DNA of 64,000 nucleotides. It comes from Microthyrium microscopicum (taxonomy: Eukaryota). The stretch is from contig MU004234.1 of NCBI GenBank assembly GCA_010405405.1, positions 2,267,697 through 2,331,696 on the forward strand, read 5' to 3'. This document shows positions 1 through 12,182 of the stretch, one piece after another. How positions within the stretch are numbered: the stretch's first letter is position 1; each line of letters starts with the position of its first letter. Position numbers and translations under genes: made by a program. The notes under the pieces were generated by a model. It searched no databases. It was not told the origin of the DNA and saw only the letters and a list, made by a program, of their open reading frames with translations.

Positions 1-1025
1 GTTATTTTCTTTGCCGATATCCATCATGCCTTTCTACTTTTCGACTTGCATTAATGCATTTTCCTTCCTTATTCCTTGTCGCTCCAAAAAGAGGCTTATA
101 TGGATATCACGACCAACCTCCCCAATACTTCGACGCTGTGTAAGGCTTCAGCAAACGTTTTTCAGCCGCTGAAAATATGAGTAGCCTAGAACTAAGTGAT
201 CAGAAAGCATCACAACATCAAATTATGAAACAAGATAGCCGCGATCAAGTCATCATTGATCATCAGCAAGGGGCCTGAATAATGTGTCCAAGAGTATGAC
301 AAGATCTGGCGCGAGCTCTCTTTCAACTTCATCTCAGCGAAAAGCTCCAGGTTATAATTAGCAACACTATGATCTTGTCGCTTTGCCCTGGCATTCCCAA
401 CCAGGCACCAGGTCACCATGAGCTAAATCCTAAATTCTATCCGAATTTAGCTTTTTTATCTTCCTTGCATGCACAGCGATCCATTGAGCGTGTGAACGGA
501 ACGCCACAACTCGTTGAGGTGTTCTCCAGCTCCTGCAGCCACTATCCTCGTTTCAGCCCTGCAGATATATTGACTGCGAGTGCAGCTTATGTGCATACCC
601 AGTTTTCAGGTCTAGATCGCCAAAGATCAAGAAAACATCAGGTCAATTCTCATGTTTCTTGCCTCAATGGGATTCTTTGCACATTTGGCCGAAAAGTCGG
701 CATGAAGAATTTCAGGCTGGGTGGATTCTTCGCCGCCGTCGCGTGTTTCAGTAGATTTCATCTTGCATATTAGACGGATCATGGAGCTAATCTTTCAGCT
801 GGTAAGATGCCAAGGCTAATGTACAATCTAAGCCTAGAGGACTCTTGACAAGGAAGATAGGATATTGGATATTAGACATGTGTATTACGATTAATGCCCG
901 TTGTGGGCTTTCTTAGACGATACATTCAAGGCGAGTCAATTTCCGGATAATTTGCACAGTTTATGGACGCATGGAAGTGGACGGTGTACAGATAGCCGAG
1001 AAACTCAGTGAGATGATGTGAATAA

Positions 1026-1769
1026 CTAATAAGTTGAGAAGAAAGGTGATCGAAGAGGTATCTGACGACCCTCTCTACGACATCGCTCTTGATAGGCAAA
1101 ATACATATTCTCCACGATCGTACGCTGAAGCAGTTTGATCGTAGCCTTTTCGTTGAGAAGGTATTCAATGACCCTGGCATCATCATTGCTAGTCTCCAAT
1201 CTGGTATGACGAAGGATTAGTTGATTGATGATTTTCAGGGCCAAATCACATTGCGCATAGTCAGTTTCGATCCATTGTCTGTATGCTCGACCACTATCAG
1301 TGCGTCGTGGGCCATAATAACCCTCAGCGTCACTGATGCCAAAGGCGCGTTGTCGAAGGAGCTCCCACACACCTGACTGAATTGATATCTCACCTGCGTG
1401 GTTAGCTACGAATTCTTGAGTGTTGAGGGTCTCAGGAAACCAGTTGAAAATGCTATCTAGAACGGCTGCTGTAGAACCTGCTGATGGTGATATATGGTTT
1501 TCGTGTCTGAGGCGGCCGTTGAAGGGCGGAGAAGCAACTATTTGGACTGCTCGAGCATTTGAGCGTGAAGGGTCTTGACTGTTGCCAATCAGTCTATGAT
1601 CGTGTAGATTTGGTAGTGGACTTCTAGGGGATGTGGCTCTACTGTTTGCGCGATGGATAGAAGTATGTCGAGCAGGTGGTCTGCGACTCATTTTGGTTGT
1701 AAACTTATGAATACTGCGTTCAAAATCTGTCGCCGAGTATGGTATAATTGAGTGGTTTTGTCGACTCAA
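1026..1769 (-). CDS. Hypothetical protein, orphan family copy A (true ATG possibly ~1691)
   Basis: 247-aa intronless ORF; IFNW...IQSGVWELLRQRAFGISD...WIETDYAQCDLA motif shared with the next two ORFs. Confidence 0.6.
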   Translation of the reverse strand: MSRQNHSIIPYSATDFERSIHKFTTKMSRRPPARHTSIHRANSRATSPRSPLPNLHDHRLIGNSQDPSRSNARAVQIVASPPFNGRLRHENHISPSAGSTAAVLDSIFNWFPETLNTQEFVANHAGEISIQSGVWELLRQRAFGISDAEGYYGPRRTDSGRAYRQWIETDYAQCDLALKIINQLILRHTRLETSNDDARVIEYLLNEKATIKLLQRTIVENMYFAYQERCRREGRQIPLRSPFFSTY

Positions 1770-2099
1770 TTTGTCTCATTTGTCACTATAAGTTGCTCAC
1801 GTTACAAACAAAGTATCCATACAAAGGCTTTCAAAGATCAATGTGCATTAGTGTAGAGCCTTTGTGTTCCAATCTTTGTCTCGAACATAACAAAAAGTAT
1901 AAAGCTACCAAAGACTTTGTTCGATTAGCTAATCTTGATTGAGCTAGCACACACTTTTTGTGTTCAAAAGTAGTTTGGTTTTCACGATTTAGCAGACAGA
2001 TTTGGTAATGAAGAAGAGAATTAGACCTTAGGTCTAAGATTTGCATTCTAATAATACTGTAATTCTAGTAAGTAGCGAGAAGGTTGAAGGATGCAACAC

Positions 2100-2783
2100 T
2101 TACTTGTTGAGGTGAGGATAATGATCTGGCCATGTTCTCACAACATGCAAACGATACTGCATGCGGCGTTTGATTATGAGCAGTGCTTTAATCTCACTAA
2201 TCAGCCAGGCGTAGACCTTCTTGACGATCTCTGGCTTGCCATTGTAGCCATCTTGGATAAGAGAAATGTACTCTAAGATTGTGACAGCAAGAGAAAGCTG
2301 CTTCAGATCAGCTTCGGCCCACTCAATCCAAGCATCGCGGTCAAGGCCATCGGGGACTCGTGGCTCGAACGGGTTGTCTTCGTCATGTATGCCGTAGGCA
2401 CGGCGGCGCAAGAAATCCCAGACTTGAGATTGAATGTCGACTTTCTTGGCCCAGCCTTTCAAGTCTACAGACCTGAAGAGAATCCAGCCGAAGATGTGTT
2501 GAAGTAGGCCCAGAGGAGTCGAAGCGGATGTTTCGGCAAGTTCTTTAGGCTGGTCATATTGGGTGTAGTACCATGGTAGATGAGCATGCTTTTCGTCAGG
2601 CACAACGTGACTGACCTCTGGAAGGGTTGGAATGGGACCATAGTAGTCTCGCTTTCGCATAGAGAGAACTCTTTGCATTTGGCTTGAGGTTTCCTCGACA
2701 GCAGTTAGCTTATAGAGAGGCATTTTGCAAGGAATCTTATCTGTGGCAATAGAGATGACTCGATACTGAGGTTTCTTGGGCAC
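2100..2783 (-). CDS. Hypothetical protein, orphan family copy B (ATG probably ~2723)
   Basis: IFGW...IQSQVWDFLRRRAYGIHD...WAEADLKQLSLA aligns by eye with copy A. Confidence 0.6.
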   Translation of the reverse strand: MPKKPQYRVISIATDKIPCKMPLYKLTAVEETSSQMQRVLSMRKRDYYGPIPTLPEVSHVVPDEKHAHLPWYYTQYDQPKELAETSASTPLGLLQHIFGWILFRSVDLKGWAKKVDIQSQVWDFLRRRAYGIHDEDNPFEPRVPDGLDRDAWIEWAEADLKQLSLAVTILEYISLIQDGYNGKPEIVKKVYAWLISEIKALLIIKRRMQYRLHVVRTWPDHYPHLNK

Positions 2784-3745
2784 GACGAGGTGTGCTAATA
2801 TGATTGAATGAGATACTAGAACATATTTGATCTTCTATAAATAGGAATTGTGGGAGATAGTGTAAAGAGATTCTCCCCCAGTGTGAAGACTTTAGTTTTC
2901 AAGTTGACAATGGGCGAACACAATTAACAGTCTATGTCATTCTTTAGAAACAAAGAACCGAATGTCTGAAAGACTCTAAAATGATATTGAATGACAAAAA
3001 CATTGTCATATGTCTCCACAAAATCATAGATCGATGTAGATTGATCATCATAACTTTAATTGAATTCAATGATACATGATCAGAATACATTGCTCTTATA
3101 TCTACCACGCCTGGATTGTATTTATAGGACGATCTCATCGTGTTAGGACCAAAACCATAAACTCTCTCACCAGCTCTCCAGCACACAAAGAGAGCACATC
3201 AACAACAAAACCCAGCTTTCTAGCGGCCAAAACCAACGCAATGGGTGATACCGACGGAAAGCACCCAAACGGCGGAGAAACTCGCCCACCACCACGCTCC
3301 GGCTAAGGAGTTCAAGTAAGTATAACCTTACTTAGTACTACGGTACAAATAGATCTTATGGTCTACAACTCAAGTTCAGTGATTTGTTGCATTAGAATGT
3401 GTCGAAGGATTCGGTCACTTAGAAACCTCGATTCCTTCATCTCAATATTTCATTCTCAGACAAGGGGTTAGTTACCTTGCTTGTCTTAGCTTTGCCATTC
3501 GAAATACAAAACAACTCTCATTACTAAATGCTATTCCCTTTTTTTGTGAACATGTGAACCATATATTATTTGAGCATTTCATATATTTATATCAAAGAAT
3601 GAGTAGCGAAAGATGCCGTACTCGATTTATGCTATAACGAAACACAGCCAAATGATCCATGACCAAACAACCAAACTGCACTGATTTGCTAACGCCAGAA
3701 GAGATGTCCATACAAGAGCAATCGTTTTTCCCAATCGGCTAAGCT

Positions 3746-4306
3746 TCAAGCACCGCCATGGAACACGTCATCCAGAATAGCCTCGATGGACTCAAGTTGT
3801 GATTGATTTGCTTTCACCCACTCCCATAGACGTAGTCCAAAGGAACCACCCAGAATAGCATGACGATGATCAAGGCAAATACCCTCAAGCAACTTTTCAG
3901 CGATATAAAGCTGCTCGAGCTCCTCGTTTGCCCAGATCCTTGCCTTCCGTCCTGTAAGTGATGGAAGACTAAAAACAGGGAGTCTTCCATGTTGGGATAG
4001 TGTAAACATCCGGTAATCGTCCAGGTAAAGCCACACTTTATATTCTGTCCAGATTTTTGGATGATGACGAACGAATGCCTCCCAGTTGTATGAGATGGGT
4101 AGCCATCCGAACACGTCCTCGAGGAACACAGCCTCCAGGTTTCGTAGCTCGGGATCAAGTTCTGGTGCGACTGTAGATTCTTCGGTTTGCTCAATCCAGC
4201 GGGTGATGTTAGTTCCAGTAGAAACGGTATTGTTATGAGTCAAGATGTCAAGTGGGACTGGCGTGTAGCTGGGATCAAAGTAGCTGTAGTCGGGTTCGAA
4301 AACCAT
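3746..4306 (-). CDS. Hypothetical protein, orphan family copy C (most diverged)
   Basis: ATG-initiated 186-aa ORF; VFGW...VW..L...WANEELEQLYIA matches the family pattern. Confidence 0.6.
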   Translation of the reverse strand: MVFEPDYSYFDPSYTPVPLDILTHNNTVSTGTNITRWIEQTEESTVAPELDPELRNLEAVFLEDVFGWLPISYNWEAFVRHHPKIWTEYKVWLYLDDYRMFTLSQHGRLPVFSLPSLTGRKARIWANEELEQLYIAEKLLEGICLDHRHAILGGSFGLRLWEWVKANQSQLESIEAILDDVFHGGA

Positions 4307-5030
4307 TTCTAGTCTTATTAATGTGCTTTGCTTGAGCTGTAAATAATGTCTGGTAGGTTCGATCGATTGTCGTAGGTGAAATCAGACGTCAACACTCTTT
4401 GTGCTGACTATCATACTGTGGAAGGAGGGTAAAGGGAATGATACGGTTACACTTCTGTGGAAAGAACGACCATATCTTATAGACATACTGGGAAGGAGTG
4501 TGCTGATTAGAGGTGTCCCCCATCTAATGTCTTAGACAAACCGAAAGCTACAAAGCGCTTTCCACCATTTCTTTATATAGTGTTTTATCCGCTCCTCTTC
4601 GCCGTCTATAGTTGACTGGTGAAGGTTCCGATCAAACTGAAGTGTACCACATCGTGGTCGCAATACGCGACAAAAATAATAATTAAAGAACAGATTATAG
4701 CACGGTCAGGTGGTGTAGTATGGCGCTTGCCAATCTCACCACTAAACAAAGATATTTTCCACTCCCAGCACACAAGGTCAAACCCATGTCTTATTTACAA
4801 TGCCGTTGTGTTGCGTGTCTTTGTCGGCAAGACCTACAATCTCAAAATCATTAGTGATGTTTCACTCACGTTATTTCAAGAGCTTGTTGTATGAACAACA
4901 GCAATGTCTAAGAGTGTTTTGAAGAGAATGTATTAGTCCATCAAAAGTGTGTTGCGACATCACCTTTGGGATACGCCCATTAGACTAGGTAACGTAGACC
5001 TGCGTTCTTCAGATTTGATTGATTTGATCT

Positions 5031-6437
5031 TTAAATAATTGCTGGAGGAGTGTCGAAGAATCCCTTCGGAATCTTGGCCATTGGATCCTCCGGGGGAGTC
5101 GAGAAGCTATGCTGCTTACGCTCTTTCTTGGTCATTCTGGTTATATCATATCGAGATCCGCCAATTTTCGGGGTGCCATAGTTGGCGACATACTCTCTGT
5201 GCTGGAAAAGAATTAGCAGCAATTAGGCAGTCACTCCGGAAGTATACCACCTCTGTAAGATAGGCGAATGGATCGTTCAGGTCGTCCAGTTCATGGAAAT
5301 TCTTAACGACTTTTTTCAGGAACCCGTCAAGCGGCCCATTGAAGCAGACCATAAACGACATGTCGTGAAGCCCGGAAATTGGGACGTTGTTTTCTTTCAT
5401 GAGATGAACAATAGTCCTCGGTATTTTTTTGCTCACTTCTACATGGTCTGGCAGGCCAATGCTGAACCATCGAAGGAGCATAGCAACCACGAGAGAGATA
5501 TTTGGTATGGGCGAGTCGGGCTTCAGCAAGTTTTCCTGCTTTAAAACACCAATGGCAGCAAAGAAAGTGTATGCAAGACAAGTAGCACATTCTTGGACTT
5601 GATCGCCAGCATCGATCACTATGATGAATCAGTTTGCAAAGAACCGAGGGCTTAAACCTGGACATGAGTCCAATTGAAGGTTTACGCACTATACCACCAG
5701 CGAATTTCTACTACGTTCATATATAACGCTATAGCTTCCATACAGGACCATATGGCAAGAGGAGATCGAGACTTTTTGCTGAATTCGGTAGTGAAATCGA
5801 CAATCTATATCCAGGTTAGATCGAAGTGAAGGGTGAGAATGATCTTCATCATAATTGATTTATTCGAAAGTACGACTCTATGCCAGAAACAAAGTCATGA
5901 CTTGGTGATCTCGAAAATCAGCCGAATAGAACTGTCATTCATTTCATGCAAGAAGACTGAAGGTAAACTCGACGGTAGGTAACTTACCATGTTCTCGATA
6001 ATCTCCTGCTCAGCATAGCCAACATAGTCGTTGAATATATGCAAGTCAAACATGTCCTGGTCGCTTTTCATTCTGGCCAAAGCATATTTCTCAGCGAGCT
6101 CCTTACCCTTCTTTGACACCGTCCATTTATGACCAGGAAAATCTCGAAGCGGTTTCCCTGTATATTTTTCAAGGTCGTCCTTTAGCTGCTGTTCTATAGG
6201 TGCCGTAGCGTCCTCATCGTCGGAGTCAAAGTCTTTGTCCTTTCTCCATTCATCCCGACGATCAAAGATAGGGCGTGCGAATGTAATGAACTCATCGGTT
6301 ATCGTTCTCGGTGACGAAGCACTCGCTGCTGTAGCTGTGGTGTTGTTTTTACTTGCTTTGGTGCGCTTATTGCCGGTGGAGCGCTCTGGAATGGAGTTGG
6401 TATTAGCGTCTGCCAGGGGACGTTTTGGTCGAGGCAT
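5031..6437 (-). CDS. Multi-exon hypothetical protein, paralog of 21018-22426
   Basis: MPRPKRPLADANTN start; intron 5987-5805 (GTAAGT..TAG) plus two later introns; shares EQEIIENM/IVDF, PIPNISLVVAM and KIGGS..DIT motifs with the paralog. Confidence 0.8.
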
Positions 6438-6698
6438 TCTAGCCGTTTTGCAGATATCAGAAGGAAACATTTTGAGATTTTGAAATTCTGGTGTTGAAAA
6501 GTCAAGTTGATGATGGAAGACGCGTTGTTGGGTGGTTGTTGTGGAACACGCGTAGTCACGGTTGGTTCCCCTATCCTGATCAGCGATGACGTTGACAGTC
6601 AGAACTTCATCCCACTTCAAGCCAGGCACTTGTAAACAAAGTCATGCTAATGTATTGGTTCTATGTACAATATGCTTACAATTCAAAAGACAGAAACT

Positions 6699-8134
6699 CT
6701 ACGCACTCTTCGCACTCTTCGCAGCCGGAGTCGCAGAAGCTGCAGGTGCAGCGGCGGCAGCAGGAGCTGGCGGATCAGCAGCAGCATAGAGGATGGCGAT
6801 ACCCATCACCTCAGTATAGGCACCAGCCTTGCTCTTGCCGCCCTCATGCGCATTAAAGTCATATACAGCGTCAATGCGAATCTTGTCGCCCTTGGTCAAG
6901 CCGCCCATCATTGAGCATGTTGTCATCTCCTTGATATGGTCCTTGCCGTCCGCAGCTTCAGGTCCATCTCGGCGAGCCAGGGAATGTGTCTCGGATCGAC
7001 GACCGTGGGAGTGGCCGCCGGCGGTTTTTGCGTATTTGGGTGTAGACTTGCAGATAACTTTGTCGTTTTGGTAGACGTTGACCATCATACCGCCATCGTG
7101 CAAATGGCCACCTAGGAAGTGTTAGTGAATTTACAAAGGACCCCATGATTCGGACGACTTACCGACACCTAGAAGTTGGCCGTTGAAGCCAGACGTCCAG
7201 GCGCGTGAGTTGAGTGTGAATTGCATCTTCCCCTTTTGTGGGATAACTGATGAGATTCCGCAATTTGTAACATCGAGCCACATGGCCTTTGCAATCTTGT
7301 AATCCGCCGGTCGTGGGCCTGGAACGTACTCGTAGTCCATAACGAGATAGACTGGCTTCTCGCGCTCGTCCAAGCTCATGAGCTCAAGCTGAGCAAGGAA
7401 GGTATCCGCGGGCGAGATAGGGAAAACGGATTTGACCTTGTTGCCAAGGACATCACCAAAGGCAGTTGGAGTGCGCTCGTTTCCAGATGAGAAGAATCGT
7501 TCGCCAGGAAGGACCCATGTGCCGCAGACATTGTCGCTTCGTCCAGTTCCGCTGGCGACCATGACGACGTGGTGGAGCCATGCGCCTTGGGGGTTGTCGG
7601 CGACAGTGCCGTTGGGGAATTCGAGAGCGGCTTGTAGTGTGACGAGACCGCAGGTGTCGCAAGGCTTTTTCATGCCAATGGCGATGGTCGACATTGTTCC
7701 GGCTTCTCCGGAGATCAGAGACATAAGGGTCGTTGACTTGGTGCTTGGAAGTGTGTAAGGCTGTTGGTAATGTTAGTATTTGATATCTGTAAGTTTTGAC
7801 ATGTTCAAGTTGTTCAGCTACCGCAAAGTAGCTGAATCTTGTCACAACCATCTCTTGTTTTAAATGTGATGACTTACTCCATATCGAACCTTGGTCCGCT
7901 TCACGTCCTTGTTATAAGCCTGGAAGCGCGGCTTCAACTGCTGGATCTGAGGAGCTGTGCCACCAGGAACAACCTGATCTTAACAATTTGGTCAGTGGTA
8001 ATTCCAAGTTTTCTTATGGAAAGTAGAAACTTACGACCAATCTCCTCACGAGACTTTCCCTTGTCCAGATCAAGCCTCTCATCTTGCTGGGCAAACGCCA
8101 CAGCGACCAGCGCACTAATGATAGCAGCCTTCAT
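6699..8134 (-). CDS. Secreted protein with PHM/copper type II monooxygenase-like (SURNod19-like) ligand pattern, multi-exon
   Basis: Signal peptide MKAAIISALVAVAFA; WLHHVV (7569-7574), SGNER, spliced GGHLHDGG (7098-7106), EVMGI (6804-6806); Ala/Pro-rich tail. Confidence 0.7.
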
Positions 8135-9332
8135 ATTTACTGTAGTGAACGAAAGCAACCAAAAGAAACGAAAGAGATTGACAATAGTTGGAGAAGTAGC
8201 AGATCGAGCCTCGACAAGCACTGTGGCACCTGGGCGTGGAGATTTATAAAGCTTCTGCGATCATCAGCAGCGTATATCTTCAAGCTTTGAGAATTAAAGG
8301 TCAGAGGGTAGCTCTTAGATCTGTCTAGGATTAAATCAAAGATACAGACATGATTGGCTTCGAGAAGCCTTGGAAGCTGGGATCACTTCTAAAGGTAATA
8401 TAAATCTCAAGCCTAACAGGCGATTTAATCTATTGATACCACATGTAGACCTCGAAGGACCTACCAATCGGTTCGTAACCAATTTGTGTCAGAGGCTTTG
8501 TTCTCATCCTTCGGCCGACGCGACTTGCGCTTGATATATAATAATTGCTTGTATTCTGCTGTATGACAGGATAGTATCCTTAGGCTTCCAAGCTGGCCTT
8601 CGTCAAACAGTAGAGACGGCTTGGAATGATCTTTTTGAGCAACAATTGATTTGAGTTGGCTGTAGTAAGTACCATTATGTACGAATGATTATCTTCGTAA
8701 GCCACTGGGGCATCGAATACAATCAATCTGATACTGCGGGTCTTGTGGGGAAGAAGCCGAAGATCTCACTGCCGGCCGAGTAGATAACCACATAAAGGCC
8801 GTATGTGAGCCAGGAACTTCTAGAAGCACCTTTTTTGCATTCGGCCCGCCTGGTAAGTATCGTAATCGGTGCCGTGGAAACTGATCGTAAGCCTCAACTG
8901 TTACCGCTTTCGGTTTGTGATGGGGCTTTCGGCCAGTGCGCCGTATATCATTAAGGTGCATAAAGGCTGACTTCTCTGTTGCATATCGTTGATGATTTCC
9001 TTGAAATCGCTAATGCTGTTTGTTTTAGTCTTGCTTCAACTTCGACTCAGAGAAGAAAGAGTCATCTTGTGAGTTTGAGGCTAAAAAGGTTGAAATGACG
9101 ACCACCAAGACATGCCAGTGGCAGAAACAAGAATCAACCTTTCATCATCGACTTTTCAAATTCTATTACAATAAACAGTCTTATTTCAAGATTATCAAAA
9201 GTTGAAGTTCAAACGTCCAGGGCTGTCAGACTTCTCGCAAACTCGACTAAATGTAGACCATACGGTACCTTACCTCTTAGCATTGGAAGTCAACATTTCT
9301 GTAAGCCCATCTACACTCAAACAACACGCTTT

Positions 9333-9560
9333 CTACGCAGAGATATAGTAGCCTTCTTCATCCCACCAAAAGCATACACTCCTCACTCCACCCAAAACAA
9401 CCCACCAAGCAGGGCACGTTTTGCCCCCATCCCCCAACCCATCAACCAAAGCGTAACCCTCGAAATAAACCTCAAGACAAAAACCGAAATGACATATGGG
9501 GCAATCACAAGCCGCATGACGTGCTGCTAAGAAAAAGGCCAGGATATATACTGCCCTCAT
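9333..9560 (-). CDS. Possible small secreted Cys-rich protein (75 aa)
   Basis: MRAVYILAFFLAARHAAC signal-like start and six Cys; short and otherwise unsupported. Confidence 0.3.
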   Translation of the reverse strand: MRAVYILAFFLAARHAACDCPICHFGFCLEVYFEGYALVDGLGDGGKTCPAWWVVLGGVRSVCFWWDEEGYYISA

Positions 9561-10040
9561 CAAAAACACCCAACAACCAACACCGTGGTGCTGATGTTCC
9601 TAGAACCCAGTCATATACGGGGATACTCTTGACTAAAGTATGGGTATATGCTTCTAGAACTCCAGCGCGGGGAGTAGGGTAAAGATCGGGCGACTACCCG
9701 ATAAGTTATATATTGTATAGTGGCTGGGAGTCTGGGACCTGTTCCTGAGGCTAAAATAGACCTGTCAAATACGAACGACTACTTACTTCCGATGTGCTAT
9801 TGCTTTGCACTACAGGTACCTATCGGCGCCGTATCCGCATATACGCCAGGGGAATGATGAAGAGCATACACTTAGCGAATTGCCAATTCTGAACATTATG
9901 TGGTAGCAATTCATAGCATTCAGCGGAAAAAGCTGGCTGGTTTCGACAAAAGGAATTGTTCATAACATCGTAGCATTAACAACAAGTCTAGCTTAAACAA
10001 ATAAAAAAAGAACGCCACACCCCATGCCAGATGTACTCCA

Positions 10041-12182
10041 TCAAAGCTGCTGTCTACTCTTCCACACAAAATACAGCGCAATCACCACCCCAAGCCCACT
10101 AAACCCCGAGCCCAAATACCACGCCGCCCGAAAGCCAAGCAACGGATTCATACCCCCGACATTCACCGGCTTCTGCAACATGCCCGCAATCCCCAACCCA
10201 CTCGCAATACTATAATTGACCACCGTGCCCACCAACGACGCCGCCTTGCCCTGATGTTCTCTCGGCATCGCATTAGATAGCAACATTACGCCGGCCGGGA
10301 AGGAGAGGTTCATGCCGCCCGGCATGACTATTACGGAGATGAATGTTAGACCCCAGTAGGTTTGGTTGATGGGCGCGAAGGCGAGGAAGAGTGTGCCGAT
10401 GAAGAAGAATAGCATCGCGAGCAGGAGCACGCGGGAGACGTGGATTTTCTTGATCATCCAGCCGGTGCTGAGGGCAAAGGCGATGCCGATTGGCACGACC
10501 CAGGCGAGTTGGCCGGTGGCGAGGAGGGGGGATTCGTGGCGTAGGTCGATCATGAAGAGGAAGAAGAAGTAGAGCCAGATGCCGTGCGAGGCCCAGCCCG
10601 CGGCGATACAGCCGAGGGCCATGATGGCTTGGGGTTGGAGTCCGCGGACGGGCACGAGGGGGTCGCCGGTGACGCGGAATTCGGCGTAGATGAAGAAGAT
10701 TATGATGAGAAATCCGAGAATGAATGTGAAGTAGATGTAGGGTGTGTTCCAGCCGACGAGCGGTGCTTGGTTGAGCGCAAAGTTGATGAGGATTAGGCCG
10801 GAGACGCCGGTGATGCAGCCGATCCAGTCGAAGGTTGGTGGGCGGACGCCGGGGGGTGTAGCGGGCTTAGCGAGTTCGTCGGGGACGATGCAGTAGGCTA
10901 GGAAGGTTATGATGGTTGATACTAGTGCCATGGCCCAGAAACACCAAGGCCACCCTAGGAGAAGTAAGCGTCAGCATTCTAATTCAACTTCAATGTGTAA
11001 GCTTGGATATATTGAAAACTTACAGGCGTATTCGGCGAGAATGGAAGAGAATAGTGCGCCGGTTACGAAACCAGTTGGACCCATTGCGCCGTTGAGAGAT
11101 ATTACCATGCCTCGTTTTGGGCCCATGGGCCATGTTCGACAGATGATGGCGATGGCGTTGGGAACGAGGAAGGCTGGACCCATTCCTTGGAGACCACGCA
11201 TTGCACAGAAGGCGACGGGACCCCAGGTATGAGCGAATCCGACGAGGGAGGACCAGAAAGATGTCCATAGCCAACCAAGGAGGAATATCTTTTTGTGTCC
11301 ATACATATCACCAAGGCGGCCTGGTAGAAGGTGAGTCAACATACTAGAGATCTAGGGAAACATGAACTTACCAGCTGGTAGAATGAATGTTCCCAAAGTG
11401 AGGGAATATGCTGCAGTGAACCAACTGAGCAATGCAGGATTTTCAGTTCCAAATGTAACTCCCATAATGTTCTGAGCCGCTACAGTTTGACCAAGAGCTG
11501 CCAGAGACATGAATTGTCCAGCGCATACCACGATTATGAAAAGCACTGTCCGCCATCTAGGCCAGTTTTCTATACCCGAAGATGGAGGTCCGGGTTGTTC
11601 CATCTTTGGCCTTTCTAATGGCTCTGGAGAGAAATCTCTCTTTGATTTATTTGGTGTTTCCACGCCATAATCCACAGTATCTGCAAGGGAACCTTTGAGT
11701 GACCCCTTCTCAGCCGAGTTGAAATCGAACGGCTTGAGTGGCATTGGCGGCGCATGCCATGGCACATCGTCCCGAAGTGTAACAGCGCTCATTTGTGCTT
11801 CGTTCAGTGGCGATAAACTGTTTTGACCCCAAGACTGCCGCGAGACTCGATAAGTTGATGCTCCAAGCGAACTTCTGTAATCGCCAGGAAGTGTCGATCC
11901 GAGGGATAGTTGACTAGTACTAGGTAAAGTGTGATTCCATGAAAGACCTGGTCCTTCTGAAGGTATTACTATTGGAGTATATCTTGAATGAGGTCGCAGT
12001 GGTGGTGTTGAAGCTCCAGCAGATGGAAGCTGTGGATTTGACGAAGTTCGAATGTCCCCATGGTGATTAAAGATACTATTTCTTTGGGAACGTTCGGCCG
12101 CTTGAACATGGTATTCAATCTCAATATCGTCAGGTCCCGCCCCAGAGCTGTTTCGCTGATGTGGTAAGTCGCCAGGCCCCAT
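10041..12182 (-). CDS. MFS drug:H+ antiporter (DHA2/ATR1-like), 3 exons
   Basis: SWFTAAYSLTLGTFILPA-GRLGDMYGHKK motif A, RGLQGMG..PNA, FDWIG, many TM helices; introns near 11370 and 11023. Confidence 0.9.

Noticed and set aside
1..920. Short ORFs 210-419 (-) and 369-773 (+)
   Set aside because: No recognisable motifs or consistent exon chain; possibly a decayed gene but not supportable
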